DNA from: the human T2T-CHM13v2.0 reference genome, Homo sapiens
Length of the DNA stretch: 64,000 bases
Reading direction: 5' to 3' (one strand)
Assembly (NCBI RefSeq): GCF_009914755.1
Contig: NC_060947.1
A model generated the notes under the pieces. That model worked only from the letters and a program-made list of their open reading frames with translations, was not told the DNA's origin and searched no databases. Below are positions 1 to 12,972 of this stretch, one piece after another. How positions within the stretch are numbered: position 1 is the stretch's first letter; the number at the start of each line of letters is the position of its first letter. Both the position numbers and the translations under genes were made by a program.

Positions 1-906
1 TACAATGTTGCTTGACCCCAATACAAACTCGACAGTGGTTCCAAATAGCCAGAAAACAGCACTTTCATTTTTTCCATCCTACAAGATCTAAATAATTCTT
101 GTCGTAAAATGGGCAAATGGTCTGAGGTGCCTGATGTCCAGGCATTCTTTTACACATCAGCCCCTCCCTAGTCTCTATTCCCAATGCAACTCATCCCAAA
201 TCTTCCTTCTTTCCCTCCCGCCTGTCCCCTCAGTCCCAAGCCCAAGCATTGCTGAGTCTTTCTAATCTTCCTTTTCTACAGACCCATCTGACCTCTCCCC
301 TCCTCGCCAGGCTGAGTTAGGTTCCAATTCTTCCTCAGCCTCTGCTCCTCCACCCTATAATCCTTTTATCACCTCCCCTCCTCACACCCGGTCTGGCTTA
401 CAGTTTCATTCTGTGAGTAGCCCTCTCCCACCTGCCCAGCAATTTCCTCTTAAAAAGGTGGTTGCAGCTAAAGGCACAGTCAAGGTTAATGCTCCTTTTT
501 CTTTGTCCCAAATCGGAGAGTGTTTAGGCTCTTTTTAATCAAATATAAAAACCCAGCCCAGTTCATGGCTCGTTTGGCAGCAACCCTGAGACTCTTTACA
601 GCTCTGGACCCTAAAAGGTCAAAAGGCCGTCTTATTCTCAATATACATTTTATTACCCAATCCGCTCCTGACATTAAATAAAACTCCAAAAATTAAATTC
701 CGGCCCTCAAACCCCACCACAGGACTTAATTAACCTCGCCTTCAAGGTGTACAATAATAGAGTAGAGGCAGCCAAGTAGCAACATATTTCTGAGTTGCAA
801 TTCCTTGCCTCCACTGTGAGACAAACCCCAGCCACATCTCCAGCACACAAGAACTCCAAACGCCTAAACCACAGTGGCCAGGCATTCCTCCAGGCCTGCC
901 TCCCCA

Positions 907-1020
907 GGAGCTTGCTACAAGTGCCAGCAATCTGGCCACTGGGCCAAGGAATTCCCACAGCCCAGGATGCCTCCTAAGCCATGTCCCATCTGTGCAGGAC
1001 CCCACTGAAAATCGGACTGC
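907..1020 (+). pseudogene. gag: HERV-H gag nucleocapsid, two degenerate CCHC zinc knuckles
   Basis: Manual translation GACYKCQQSGHWAKEF...CPICAGPH*KSDC; last Cys of first knuckle mutated, stop codon in second. Confidence 0.85.
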
Positions 1021-1128
1021 TCAACTCACCTGGCAGCCACTTCCAGAGCCCCTGGAACTCTGGCCCAAGGGTGTCTGACTCCTTCCCAGATCCTCTTGGC
1101 TTAGCAGCTGAAGACTGACACTGCCCAA

Positions 1129-1416
1129 TTGCCTCGGAAGCCTACAAGACCATCACAGATGCTCTGGGTAACTCCCACAGTGGAGGGTAAGTCCGTCCCC
1201 TTCTTAATCAATAGGGAGGTTACCCACTCCACATTACCTTCTTTCCAAGGGCCTGTTTCCCTTGCCTCCATAACTGTTGTAGGTATTGACAGCCAGGTTC
1301 TAAAGCCCTTAAAACTCCGCAACTCTGGTGCCAACTTAGACAATACTCCTTTAAGCACTCCTTTTACTTATCCCCCCGTGCCCAGTTCCCTTATTAGGCC
1401 GAGATATTTTAACTAA
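1129..1416 (+). pseudogene. pro: HERV-H protease relic
   Basis: ORF track LWVTPTVEGKSVPFLINREVTHSTLP; the aspartyl protease D-T-G motif is degraded to N-R-E. Confidence 0.8.
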
Positions 1417-1555
1417 ATTATCTGCTTCCCTGACTATTCCTGGGCTACAGCCACGCCTCATTGCCGCCTTTTCCCCCAGTTCAAAGCCTCCTTCACATCC
1501 TCCCCTTGTATCTCCCCACCTTAGCCCACAAGCATAGAATACCTCTACTCCCTCC

Positions 1556-3500
1556 TTGGTGACTGATCATGCACCCCTTACCATCTCATTAAAACCTAAT
1601 CATCCTTACCCTGCTCAATGCCAATATCCCATCCCGCAGCTTGCTTTAAAAGGATTAAAGCCTGTTATCACTCACCTGCTACAGCATGGCCTTTTAAAGC
1701 CTATAAACTCTCCTTACAATTCCCCCATTTTACCTTTCCTAAAGCCAGACAAGCCTTACAGGTTAGTTCAGCATCTGTGCCTTATCAACCAAATTGTTTT
1801 GCCTATCCACCCCGTGATGCCAAACCCATATACTCTCCTATCCTCAATACCTTCCTTCACAACCCATTATTCTGTTCTGGATCTCAAACATGCCTTCTTT
1901 ACTATTCCTTTGCACCCTTCATCCCAGCCTCTCTTTGCTGGACTTGGACTGACCCTGACACCCATTAGGCTCAGCAAATTACCTAGGCTGTACTGCCGCA
2001 AGGCTTCACAGACAGCTCCCATTACTTCAGTCAAGCCCAAATTTCTTCCTCATCTGTTACCTATCTGGGCACAATTCTCATAAAAACGCCCGTGCCCTCC
2101 CTGCTGATTGTGTCTGGCTGATCTCTCAAACCCCAACACCATCTATGTCCTAGGCATGGTTAGGTATTTTCGACTTTAGATACCTGGTTTTGACATCTTA
2201 ACAAAACCATTATATAAACTCACAAAAAGAAACTTAGCTGACCCCATAGATCCTAAATCCTTTCCCCACTCCTTTTTCAGTTCCTTGAAGACAGCTTTAG
2301 AGACTGCCCCCGCCCTAGCTCTCCCTGAGTCATCCCAGCCCTTTTAATTACCCACAGCCGAAGTGCAGGGCTGTGCATTTGGAATTCTTACACAAGAACC
2401 GGGACTGCACCCTGTAGCCTTTTTATCCAAACAACTTGACCTTACTGTTTTAGCCTAGCCCTCAAGTCTGTGTGCAGCGGCTACCGCTGCCCTAATACTT
2501 TTAGAAGCCCTTAAAATCACAAACTATGCTCAACTCACTCTCTACAGGTCTCATAACTTCCAAAATCTATTTTCTTCCTCACACCTGACACATATACGCT
2601 CTGCTCCCCAGCTCCTTCAGCTGTACTCACTCTTTGATGAGTCCCACAATTACCATTGTTCCTGACCCGGACTTCAATCCGGCCTCCCACATTATTCCTG
2701 ATACCACACCTGACCCCCATGACTGTATCTCTCTGATCCAACTGACATTCACCCCATTTCCCCATATTTCCTTCTTCCCTGTTCCTCACCCTGATCACGC
2801 TTGATTTATTGATGGCAGTTCTACCAGGCCTAATCGCCACACACCAGCAAAGGCAGGCTATGCTATAGTACAAGCCACTAGCCCGCCTCTTAGAACCTCT
2901 CATTTCCTTTCCATCGTAGAAATCTATCCTCAAGGAAATAACTTCTCAGTGTTCCATCTGCTATTCTACTACTCCTCAGGGATTATTCAGGCCCCCTCCC
3001 TTCCCTACACATCAAGCTCAGAGATTTACCCCCACCCAGGACTGGCAAATTGGCTTTACTCAACATGCCCCAAGTCAGAAAACTAAAATACCTCTTAGTC
3101 TCGGTAGTAACTCACTGGATAGGTAGAGGCCTTTCCCTCAGGGTCTGAGAAGGTCACCACGGTCATTTCTTCCCTTCTGTCAGACATAATTCCTCGGTTT
3201 GTCCTTCTCACCTCTATACAGTCCGATAGCAGACAGGCCTTTATTAGTCAAATCAGCCAAGCAGTTTTTCAGGCTCTTAGTATCCAGTGAAACCTTTATA
3301 TCCCTTATGGTCCTCAGTCTTCAGGAAAAGTAGAACTGACTAAAGGTCTTTTAAAAACACACCTCACCAAGCTCAGCCACCAACTTAAAAGGGACTGGAC
3401 AATACTTTTACCTCTTTCCCTTCTCAGAATTCAGGCCTGTCCTCGGAATGCTACAGGGTACAGCCCATTTAAGCTCCTGTATAGACGCTCCTTTTTATTA
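1556..3500 (+). pseudogene. pol: HERV-H pol relic (RT, RNase H, integrase fragments) with deletions, frameshifts and stops
   Basis: ORF 1556-2083 contains SPYNSPILP..KPDKPYRLVQ and YSVLDLKHAFFTIPLHP gammaretroviral RT motifs; no YxDD seen; downstream domains fragmentary. Confidence 0.85.
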
Positions 3501-4399
3501 GGCCCCAGTCTCATTCCAGACACCAGACTAACTTAGACTGTGCCCCAAAAAACTTCTCATCCCTACTATCTTCTCTCTAGTCATACTCCTATTCACCGTT
3601 CTCAACTACTCACACATGCCCTGCTCTTGATTACACTGCCAGTTTACACTGCTTTTCCAAGCCATCACAGCTGATATCTCCTGGTGCTATCGCCAAACTG
3701 CCACTCTTAACTCTTAAAGTAAATAAATAATCTTTGCTGGCAGAGCTATGCTGAATCTCCTTAGGCACTCTCTAATTAGATGTCCTAGGTCCTCCCAATT
3801 CTTAGACCTTTAATACCTGTTTTTCTCCTTTTCTTATTCCATTTAGTTTTTCAATTCATACAAAACCGTATCCAGGCCATCACCAATAATTCTACATGAC
3901 AAATGTTTCTTCTAACAACCCCACAATATTACCCCTTACCACAAAATCTTCCTTCAGCTTAATCTTTCCCACTCTAGGTTCCCACGCTGCCCCAATCCCG
4001 CTCGAAGCAGCCCTGAGAAACATTGCCCATTATCTCTCCATACCATCCCCCAAAATTTTCGCCATCCCAACACTTTACCACTATTTCATTTTATTTTTCT
4101 TATTAATATAAGAAGACAGGAATGTCAGGCCTCTGAGCCCAAGCTAAGCCATCATATCCCCTGTGACCTGCACGTACACATGCAGATGGCCGGTTCCTGC
4201 CTTAACTGATGACATTCCACCACAAAAGAAATGAAAATGGTCTGTTCCTGCCTTAACTGATGACATTATCTTGTGAAATTCCTTCTCCTGGCTCATCCTG
4301 GCTCAAAAGCTCCACTACTGAGCACCTTGTGACCCCCATTCCTGCCCACCAGAGAACAACCCCCCTTTGACTGTAATTTTCCTTTACCTACCCAAATCT

Positions 4400-4406
4400 T
4401 ATAAAA
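4400..4406 (+). promoter_or_regulatory. LTR7 TATA box
   Basis: TATAAAA at the expected U3 position. Confidence 0.7.
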
Positions 4407-4471
4407 CGGCCCCACCCCTATCTCCCTTCGCTGACTTTCTTTTCGGACTCAGCCTGCCTGCACCCAGGTGA

Positions 4472-4477
4472 AATAAA
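4472..4477 (+). terminator. LTR7 polyadenylation signal
   Basis: AATAAA in the R region of the 3' LTR. Confidence 0.75.
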
Positions 4478-4536
4478 CAGCCTTATTGCTCACACAAAGC
4501 CTGTTTGGTGGTCTCTTCACATGGACATGCATGAAA

Positions 4537-5632
4537 CACACTCCTGGCGCCTCTATAATCCTGGGATCTCTGAGGCAGACCTACTCCTGTGGCTCCACTA
4601 GGCATTGCCTTCATGGGTACTTTGAATGGTGCCTCTATCCCTTTGGCAATTTTCTGCCTGTGTTTCTAGGCTCTTCTCTATGTCATCTGAAATCCGAGTG
4701 GAAATTGCTAAGCCTCCAAGGCTTTTGCCTTCTGCATGCCTGCAGACCTAATTCCATATGTAATCTGCCAAGGCTTACCACCTGTGCTTTCCAGAGCAGC
4801 AGCCTGAGCAGTATCTGGGGCCATTTGAGTTGTATTTGGAGGCTGAACAGCTGGGATGTAAGGAGTAACATCTCAAGGCAGCAGCTTCCCAGAGCCCATC
4901 CTCAAAACTATTCAGCTCTCTTAGGTCTCTGGGCTTGTGATGGGAGGGGCAACCTCATAGATCTCCGAAATGCCTTTGAGGTCTTTTCCCCATGGTCTTG
5001 ACTATTAACATATGGCTCTGTTTTCTTTTATCTGTACTAATTACTTTTTAGCAAGCAACTGCTGTGCAGCTCCCTTGAATTCTCCTGAAAATGCTCTTTC
5101 ATTCTCCAACACATGGCCAGGCTGCAAATTTTATATATTTTTACACTCTGTTTCCCTTCAAATTATAATGCTGCCCTAAATAATTTCTTTGCTGCTGTAA
5201 CTGAGCATACACTGCCATTAGCAATCACTTAACTTCTTGAGTACTTTGCTGCTTAGAATCTTTTTTTTAACCAGATACCTGAGGCCATCACTCCTAAGTT
5301 CAGCCTTCCAGAAATTTTTAGGTTATGGAAACAATGCCATCAATGTCTTTGCTACGGTGTAATATAGGTGACCTCTGCTCCACTTCCCAATGAATTCCTC
5401 CTCATTTACGTATGAGACCTCATCAGAATAATCTTTACTGTCTACATTTGTATCAGCATTTTAGTCACAACCATTTAACCAGTCTCAAGAGATTCCAAAC
5501 TTTCCCTTTTCTTTTTGTCTTCTTCTGACTTCTCCAAACTCTTTCAACCTCTCCCATTACCCATTTCTAAAGCCACTTCCACATTTTTAGTTATTTGTTA
5601 TCAGCATAACCCCACTTCTTGATACCAATTTC
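4537..5632 (-). mobile_element. MST-type MaLR internal sequence, interrupted by the HERV-H
   Basis: Reverse complement starts GAAATTGGTATCAAGAAGTGGGG next to the LTR, the MaLR-int start; similar to the internal regions at 17218-18864 and 25753-27358. Confidence 0.85.
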
Positions 5633-6084
5633 TGTTTTAGTCCATTTTGTATTGCTATAAAAGGATACTGGAGACTGAGTAATTTACAAAGAAACGAAGC
5701 ATATTTTGCTGATCATTCTGCAGGCTAGGAAATTGAAGGGAATGGCCTTGGCTTCTAGTGAGGGGTTGTATGTATGTCACAACATGGTGGAGAAGGTTAA
5801 AGGGGAAGCAGACACTTGTGAACAGGGAAGAAATTCTGAGGGTTTTTCTGGTTTATAAAAACCTACGCTCTTGGGAACCAATTTAGTCCTGTGATAAATA
5901 ATCCAGTTGCAAAAGTAAAACTCCACTCACTATAGCGAAAATGACACCAAATCATTGAGGAGGGATTTGCCCCCACAACCCAAACATATCCTGCTAGGTC
6001 CCAACTCTGAACACTACCAAACTGGAGATCAAATTTCAGCATAAGCTTTGGTGGGAACAAACAAACCATATCCAAACTATCACA
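5633..6084 (-). mobile_element. MST-family MaLR 5' LTR (MSTB1/MSTB2/MSTC-like)
   Basis: TGTTTTAGTCCATTTTGTATTGCTATAAA ... CAAACCATATCCAAACTATCACA termini. Confidence 0.85.
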
Positions 6085-6169
6085 AAAATACCTAAAACAG
6101 GATGATATAATCGTGACTGGCAGTTACTTTCTCAGATTATTGTGGCATCTAATTTACATTGAGTGGTGA

Positions 6170-6650
6170 TGCAAGGAGATGAGGTTGTAATACTTGAGTC
6201 ATTATCATCTCAATAATGAGGAGACAGTGTGAGACAAAGAGAATTCCTGACAGAGAAAACATACAATGCATTAATACTGAGGTGGCAATGATTTTGTCCT
6301 TAAATATTTGAAGAAAACACACATTATGGTTGGAATTTATGGCCCAAGAAAAAGAGTAATCTCAGATGTGTTGGAAAGGTAGGTAGGGCTTAATCTTGTA
6401 GTACCTGAAGACCATTGTAAGCAGTTCCATTTTATTCTCCATGCGATGGGAAACCAAGATGATTTGAGGCTAGTCAAGGGACCAACATGACCAGAGTATT
6501 CTTACCCTTAGTATTGTGTAGAAAATGTGAAAGGGTGAGGAGAGCCTGACCAAATGAAGATTGAAAGGTTATGAGAGCACTGTAGAAAACCCAAGAAAGG
6601 ATAGCAATATCTTAAAACTAAAGTACTTGCAGTGAATGATGCTAATGTAG
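6170..6650 (-). mobile_element. L2 LINE relic
   Basis: GGTAGGTAGGGCTTAATCTTGTAGTACCTGAAGACCATTGTAAG...TTTATTCTCCATGCGATGGGAAACC resembles the L2 antisense consensus; boundaries approximate. Confidence 0.6.
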
Positions 6651-6685
6651 ATTCTATCTTATGCTATAACATGTACAATGTACTG

Positions 6686-6723
6686 TATTATATATATATT
6701 ATATATGTGTATATATATATATA
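6686..6723. repeat. (TA)n microsatellite at the L1PB tail
   Basis: Directly visible. Confidence 0.85.
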
Positions 6724-7370
6724 ATTTCAAAAATTTTCATGGAAAAGATGGTTTTTGGTTACATGAGTAAGATGGATAAATTCTTTAGTGGTGACTTCTG
6801 AGATTGTGCTGTGTGCATCACCCAAGCAGTGTACACTGTACCCAGTGTGTACACTTTTATTCCCTCACCCCACTCCTGCCCTGATCCCTGAGGCCCAAAA
6901 GTCCATTATATCATTCATATGCCTTTGCATACTTATAGCTTTAGCTCCCAGTTATAAGTGAGAAATATGATATTTGTTTTTTTATTCCTGAGTTACTTCG
7001 CTTAGAATAATGGTCTCCAATTCCATCCAGGTTGCTGTAAATAACGTTATCTCATTCTTTTTATAGCTGAATAGTATTCCATGGTGTATATATACCACAT
7101 TTTCTTTATCCATTTGTTGCCTGATGGACATTTAGGCTGGCTCGATATTTTTGCAATTGCAAATTGTGCATCTATCAACATGCATGTACAAGTGTCTTTT
7201 TCATATAATGACTTCCCTTCCTTTGGGTAGATAGTCAGTAGTGGGATTGCTTTATTGAATGGTAGTTCTACTTTAGTTTTTTAGGAAGCTCCACACTGTT
7301 TTCCATAGTGGTTGTACTAGTTTACATTCCCACCAGCAGTGTAAAAGTGTTCTCTTTTTACCACATATAT

Positions 7371-7598
7371 GCCAATATCTATTATTTTTTGATTTTTTAA
7401 ATTATGGCCATTCTTGCAGGAGTAAGGTGATATCTCCTTGTAGTTTTAATTTGCATTTCCATGATGATTAGTGATGTTGAGTATGCCCACATCTATTATT
7501 TTTTGATTCTATAAATTATGGCCATTCTTGCAGGAGTAAGGTAGTATCTCCTTGTAATTTTAATTTGCATTTCCATGATGATTAGTGATGTTGAGTAT
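7371..7598. repeat. 114-bp tandem duplication inside L1PB ORF2
   Basis: 7371-7484 and 7485-7598 nearly identical. Confidence 0.95.
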
Positions 7599-8357
7599 TT
7601 TACTGTATGTTTGTTGACCATTTGTATATCTTCTGAGAATTGTCTATGCATGTCGTTTGCCTCCTTTTTGATGAGATTATCTGTTTCTTTCTTGCTGATT
7701 TGTTTGAGTTCCTTTTAAATTCTGGATATGAGTCCTCTGTTGAATGCACAGTTTGTGAATATTTTCTCCATTCTGTGGGATGTCTGTTTACTCTGCTGAT
7801 TATTTCTTTTGCTGTGCAGAAGCTCTTGTTTTAAGTTTTGTTGTTATTGTTTAGTTTAATTAGGTCCCATCTGTTTATTTTTGTTTTCGTTGCATTTGCT
7901 TTTGGGTTTTTGGTCACAAAATATTTGCCTAAGTCAACATCTAGAAGAGTTTTTCTAATGTTATCTTCTATAATTTTTAGAATTTCAGGTCTTAGATTTA
8001 AGTATTTGATCCATCTTCAGTTGATTTTTTCATAAAGTGAGTGATGAGGATCCAGTTTCATTCTTCTACATGTGGCATGCCAATTATACCAGCAACATTT
8101 ATTGAATAGGGTGTCATTTTCCCACTTTATGTTTTGTATGCTTTGTCAAAGATCAGTTGGCTATAACTATTTCATTTTATTTTTGGGTTCTCTATTCTGT
8201 TACATTGGTCTATGCACCTATTTTTATACCAGTACTATGCCGTTTTGGTAAATACAGCCTTGTAGTATAGCTTGACGTCAGGTAATGTGATGCCTCCAGA
8301 TTTATTCTTCTTACTAAGTCTTGCTTTGGCTATCTGAGCTATTTTTTGGTTCCATAT

Positions 8358-8735
8358 TGTATTAGTCCATTCTCATGCTGCTAAAAAGGACATACCCCAG
8401 ACTTGGTAGTTTATAAAAGAAAGAGGTTTAATTGACTCACAGTTCAGCATGGCTGTGGAGGTCTTGGGAAACTTACATTTGGGGTGGAAGAGGAAGCAAA
8501 CACTTCCTTCTTCACATGGAGGCAGGCAGAAGAAGAATGAGAACTGAGTGAAGGGAAAAGTTCCCTATTAAGTCATCAGATCTTGTGAGAACTTACTCAC
8601 TATTATGAGAATAGCATGGATGAAATTGCACCCAGGATTCAATTACCTCCCTTCAGGTCCCTCCATGACATGTGGGAATTATGAGAACTACAATTAAAAA
8701 TGATATTTTAGTGAGGACAGATCCAAACCATATCA
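8358..8735 (-). mobile_element. THE1 (C/D-like) solo LTR inserted in L1PB
   Basis: TGTATTAGTCCATTCTCATGCTGC ... CCAAACCATATCA; exact 5-bp TSD CATAT at 8353-8357 and 8736-8740. Confidence 0.95.
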
Positions 8736-8981
8736 CATATAAGTTTTAAGATTGTTTTTTCTAGTTCTGTGAAGAAAGATGATAGTACTTCGATGGGAAT
8801 TGCATCAAATCTGTAGGGTCCTTTTGGCAGAATGGTCATTTTTGCAATATCGATTCTATCCAACCATGAGCATGGGATGTGTTTCCATTTGTTTTTGTCA
8901 TTGATGATTTCTTTCAGCAGTGTTGTGTACTTTTACTTGTAGAGATCTTTCACCTCCTTGGTTAGGTATATTTCTAAGTAT

Positions 8982-9020
8982 TTTATTTATTTATTTATTC
9001 ATTCATTCATTCATTTATTT
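8982..9020. repeat. Compound (TTTA)n(TTCA)n microsatellite
   Basis: Directly visible. Confidence 0.85.
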
Positions 9021-12000
9021 TGCATCTGCTGTAAAAGAGATTGAGTTCTTGATTTGATTCTCAGCTTGGTAATTGTTGGTGTTTAGCAGTGCTACTAATT
9101 TGTGTACATTGATTTTGTATCCTGAAACTTCAATACATTGATTTATCAGATCTAGGAGCTTTTTGGATGAATCTTTAGGGTTTTCTAGGTATGACGTTAT
9201 ATCATTGGTGAACAGTGACAGTTTGAATTTCTCTTTAGAGATTTGGATGCCCTTTAACTTTCAGTACTATGTTAAACAGCAGTGGTGAAAACGGACATTC
9301 CTGTCTTTTTCCAGTTCTCAGGGGGAATGCTTTCAACTTTTGTACATTCAATATAAATGTTGGCTGTTGATTTGTCATAGATGCCTTTTATTACTTTAAA
9401 GTATGTCCCTTTTATGCCAATTTTGACAAGGTTTTTAATCATAAGGATGCTATATTTTTTCAAATGCTTTTTCTGCATCTATTGAGATGATCTTATGATT
9501 TTTGTTTTTAATATAGTTTATGTGATGTATCACATAAACTTGCGTTTATTAAACCATCTCTGCATCCCTGGTATGAAACCCACTTGATCATGACGTATTA
9601 TCTTTCTGATATGGTGTTGGATTCACTTAGCTAGTATTTTCTTAAGGATTTTTGCATTTATGTTCATTAGGGGTATTGGTCTGTAGTTTTCTTTTTTTGT
9701 CATGTCCTTTTCTGGTTTTGGTATTAAGGTGATACTGGCTTCACAAAACGATTTAGGGAGGATTCCCTCTTTCTGTATTTTTTAGAATAGTTTCAGTAAG
9801 ATTGGTGCCAATTCTTTGAATGTCTGATAGAATTTACCTGCAAATTCATCTGGTCCTGAAATTTTTTGGTTGGCGATTTTAAAAAATTACTGTTTCAATA
9901 TCACTACTGTTATTGGTCTGTTCAGAGTTTCTATTTCTTTATGATGTAGTCTAGGAGAGTTGTATATTTCTAGGAATTTATCCATCTTCTCTACATTTTC
10001 CAGTTGGTAAAAGTAAAGGTGTTTACAGTAGCCTTGAATGATATTTTCTATTTCTGTGGCATCAGTTGTAATATCTCTCATTTCATTCTAATTGAGCTTA
10101 TTTGGATCTTCTCTCTTCTTTTATTGGTTAATCTATCTAATGGTCTATCAATTTTGTTTATCTTTTCAAGGAACGAGTTTTTACTTCATTTATCTTAGGT
10201 ATTTTTTGTTTATTTGTTTCAGTTTTACTTAGTTCTGCTCTGATCTTTGTTATTTCTTTTCTTCTGCAGTGTTTGACTTTGGTTTGTTATTGTTTCTCTC
10301 GTTCCTTGAGGTGTAACATTAGATTGTCTATCTGTGCTCTTTCAGACTTTTTGATGTAGGCATCTAATGTTATGAACTTTCCTCCTAGCATCGCTTTTGC
10401 TTTATCCCAGAGGTTTTGATAAGTTTTGTCACTATTACCATTCAGGTTAAGTAAATTTTTAATTTCCATCTTGATTTCATTGTTGACCCAAAGATCATTC
10501 ATGGGAAAATTATTTAATGTCCATGTTTTTCTATAGTTTTGAGAGTTCCTTTTTGAGTTAACTTTCAGTTTTATTCTACTATAGTCTGAGAGGATTATTG
10601 ATATAATTTCTATTTTCTTAAATTTATTCAGACTTTTTTTGTGACCTATCATATGGTCTATCTTGGAGAATGTTCCATGTGCTGATAAAAACAGTGTATA
10701 CTCTGCAGTTGTTGATAAGAATGTTCTGTAAATATCTTTTAACTCCATTTGTTCTTGTGCATAGTTTAAGTCCATCATTTCTTTATTGACTCTCTGTTTT
10801 TATTATTAGTCTAGTGCTGTCAGTGGAGTGTTGAAGTCCCCCACTATTACTGTACTGCCACCTATCTCATTGCTTAGGTCTGGTAATAATTGTTTTATAA
10901 ATTTGGGAGCTCCAGTGTTAGGTGCATATGTATTTAATATTGTGATATTTTCCCATTGGACTAATGCTTTTATCATTATACAATGTCTCTCTTTATTTTG
11001 TTTTTACTGTTGTTTCTTTAAAGTCTGTTTTGTCTGATATAAGAGTAGCTACTCCCGCTTGCTTTTGGTTTCCATTTGCATGGAATATCTTATTCCATCC
11101 CTTTACCTTAAGTTTATGTAAATTCTTATGTGGTAGGTAAGTCTCTTGATGACAGCAGATACTTGGTTGGTGGATTTTTGTCTATTTTGTTATTCCATAT
11201 CATTTAAATGGAGCATTTAAGTTATTTGCATTCAATATTAGTATTCAGATATGAGGTATTTTTCTATTTATAATGCTAGTTGTTGCCTTAATACCTTGGG
11301 TTTCTTTTTTTTTCATTCTTTTATTGTTTTATAGGCACTGTGAGATTTTATGTTTTAAAGAGGTTCTATTTTAGTGTACTTCAAGATTTTGTTTCAAGAT
11401 TTAGAAAGCATTTTAGCATTTCTTGTAGTGCTGGCTTAGTAGTGGCAAATTCTCTCAACATTTGTTTGTCTGAAAAAGACTTTCTCTCTTCTTCATTTAT
11501 GAAGCTTAGTTTTCCTGGATACAAAAATATTGGCTGACAATTATATTGTTTCAGGAGGCTAACGATGAGACCCCAATCTTTTCTGACTTGTAAAGTTACT
11601 GCTGAGAAATCTGCTGTTAATTGATAGTTTTCCCTTTTCCCTTTGCTTTTGCCTCACAGCTCTTAAGATTCTTTCCTTTGTCTTGATTTTAGATAACCTG
11701 ATGACAATGCGCTTATGTGATGATCTTTTTGGTGATGAATTTCACATCCCAGGTGTTCTTTGCACTTCTTGAATTTGGATTTCTAGATCTCTAGCAAGGC
11801 CAGGAAAGTTTTCCTCAATTATTCCCCCAAATAAATTTTTCAAACTCAGATTTCTCTTCTTCCTCAGGAATAACAAGTATTCCTAGTTTTTGGCATTAAC
11901 ATAATTCCAAATTTCTCGGAGGGTTTGTGCATCTTTAAAACCCTTTTTTCTTTGTCTTTGTTAATTGGGTTAATTCAAAAGCCTTGTCTTTGAGCTCTGA

Positions 12001-12675
12001 AGTTCTTTCTTGTACTTGTTCTGGTCTATTGTTGAAGCTTTCCATTGCATTTTGTATTTCTGTAAGTTTATCTTTTATTTCCAGAAGTTGTGATTGTTTT
12101 TTCTTTATGATATCTGTTTCTCTGGAAAACTTTTCATCCATATCGTGTACTTTTTAAAATTTCTTTAAGTTGTTTTTCATCTTTCTCTGATATCTCAAGT
12201 AGCTTAATAATCAACCTTCTGAATTTTTATTTGGCATTTTGTAGATTTCTTGTTGGTTCGGATCCATTGCTGGGGAGTTGATGTGATATTTTGGGGGTGT
12301 TATAGAGCCCTGTGTTTTCATTGTAGCAGAATTACTTTTCTGGTTCCTTCTCACTTGGGTAGACTATTTCAGTGGAGATGTCTGGAACTCAAGGCCTGCC
12401 GTTCAGATTCTTTTGACCCAGGGGATGGTCCCTTGATGTGATGCTCTCCCCCTTCCCCCAGGGATAGGACTTTCTGAGAGCTGGACTGCAGTGATTGTTA
12501 TTGTTCTTCTTGGCCTAACCACCTTGTGGAGCTGCCAAGCGGGTGCTAGGGAATGTCTGCAAAGAGTCCCTGTGATGTGATCCATCTTCAGGTCTCCAAG
12601 ACATTGATACTAGCACCTGCTCTGGTGGAGGTGTCAAGGGAGTGAAGCAGACTCTGTGAGAGTCTTTGGTTTTAG

Positions 12676-12972
<297 letters not shown>

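Larger units (their letters stand above)
1..4122 (+). mobile_element. HERV-H internal region (gag-pro-pol remnants, internally deleted, no recognisable env); 5' part lies outside the window
   Basis: C-rich HERV-H-type sequence with gag zinc knuckles, protease, RT, RNase H (FIDGSS near 2806) and integrase (QDWQI near 3037) relics; ends in polypurine tract AAGAAGACAGGAA directly before LTR7. Confidence 0.95.
4123..4536 (+). mobile_element. LTR7, 3' LTR of HERV-H
   Basis: Begins TGTCAGGCCTCTGAGCCCAAGCTAAG, two GTTCCTGCCTTAACTGATGACATT repeats, ends GCATGAAA; preceded by PPT. Confidence 0.97.

Noticed and set aside
1-4122. HERV-H as coding-competent or env-bearing provirus
   Set aside because: Protease active site lost, RT core incomplete, stops in gag, and too little sequence between integrase and LTR for env.
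4486-5001. 171-aa ORF starting in LTR7 and running into MST internal sequence
   Set aside because: Non-ATG start, antisense MaLR sequence, no recognisable domain; consistent with a chance ORF.
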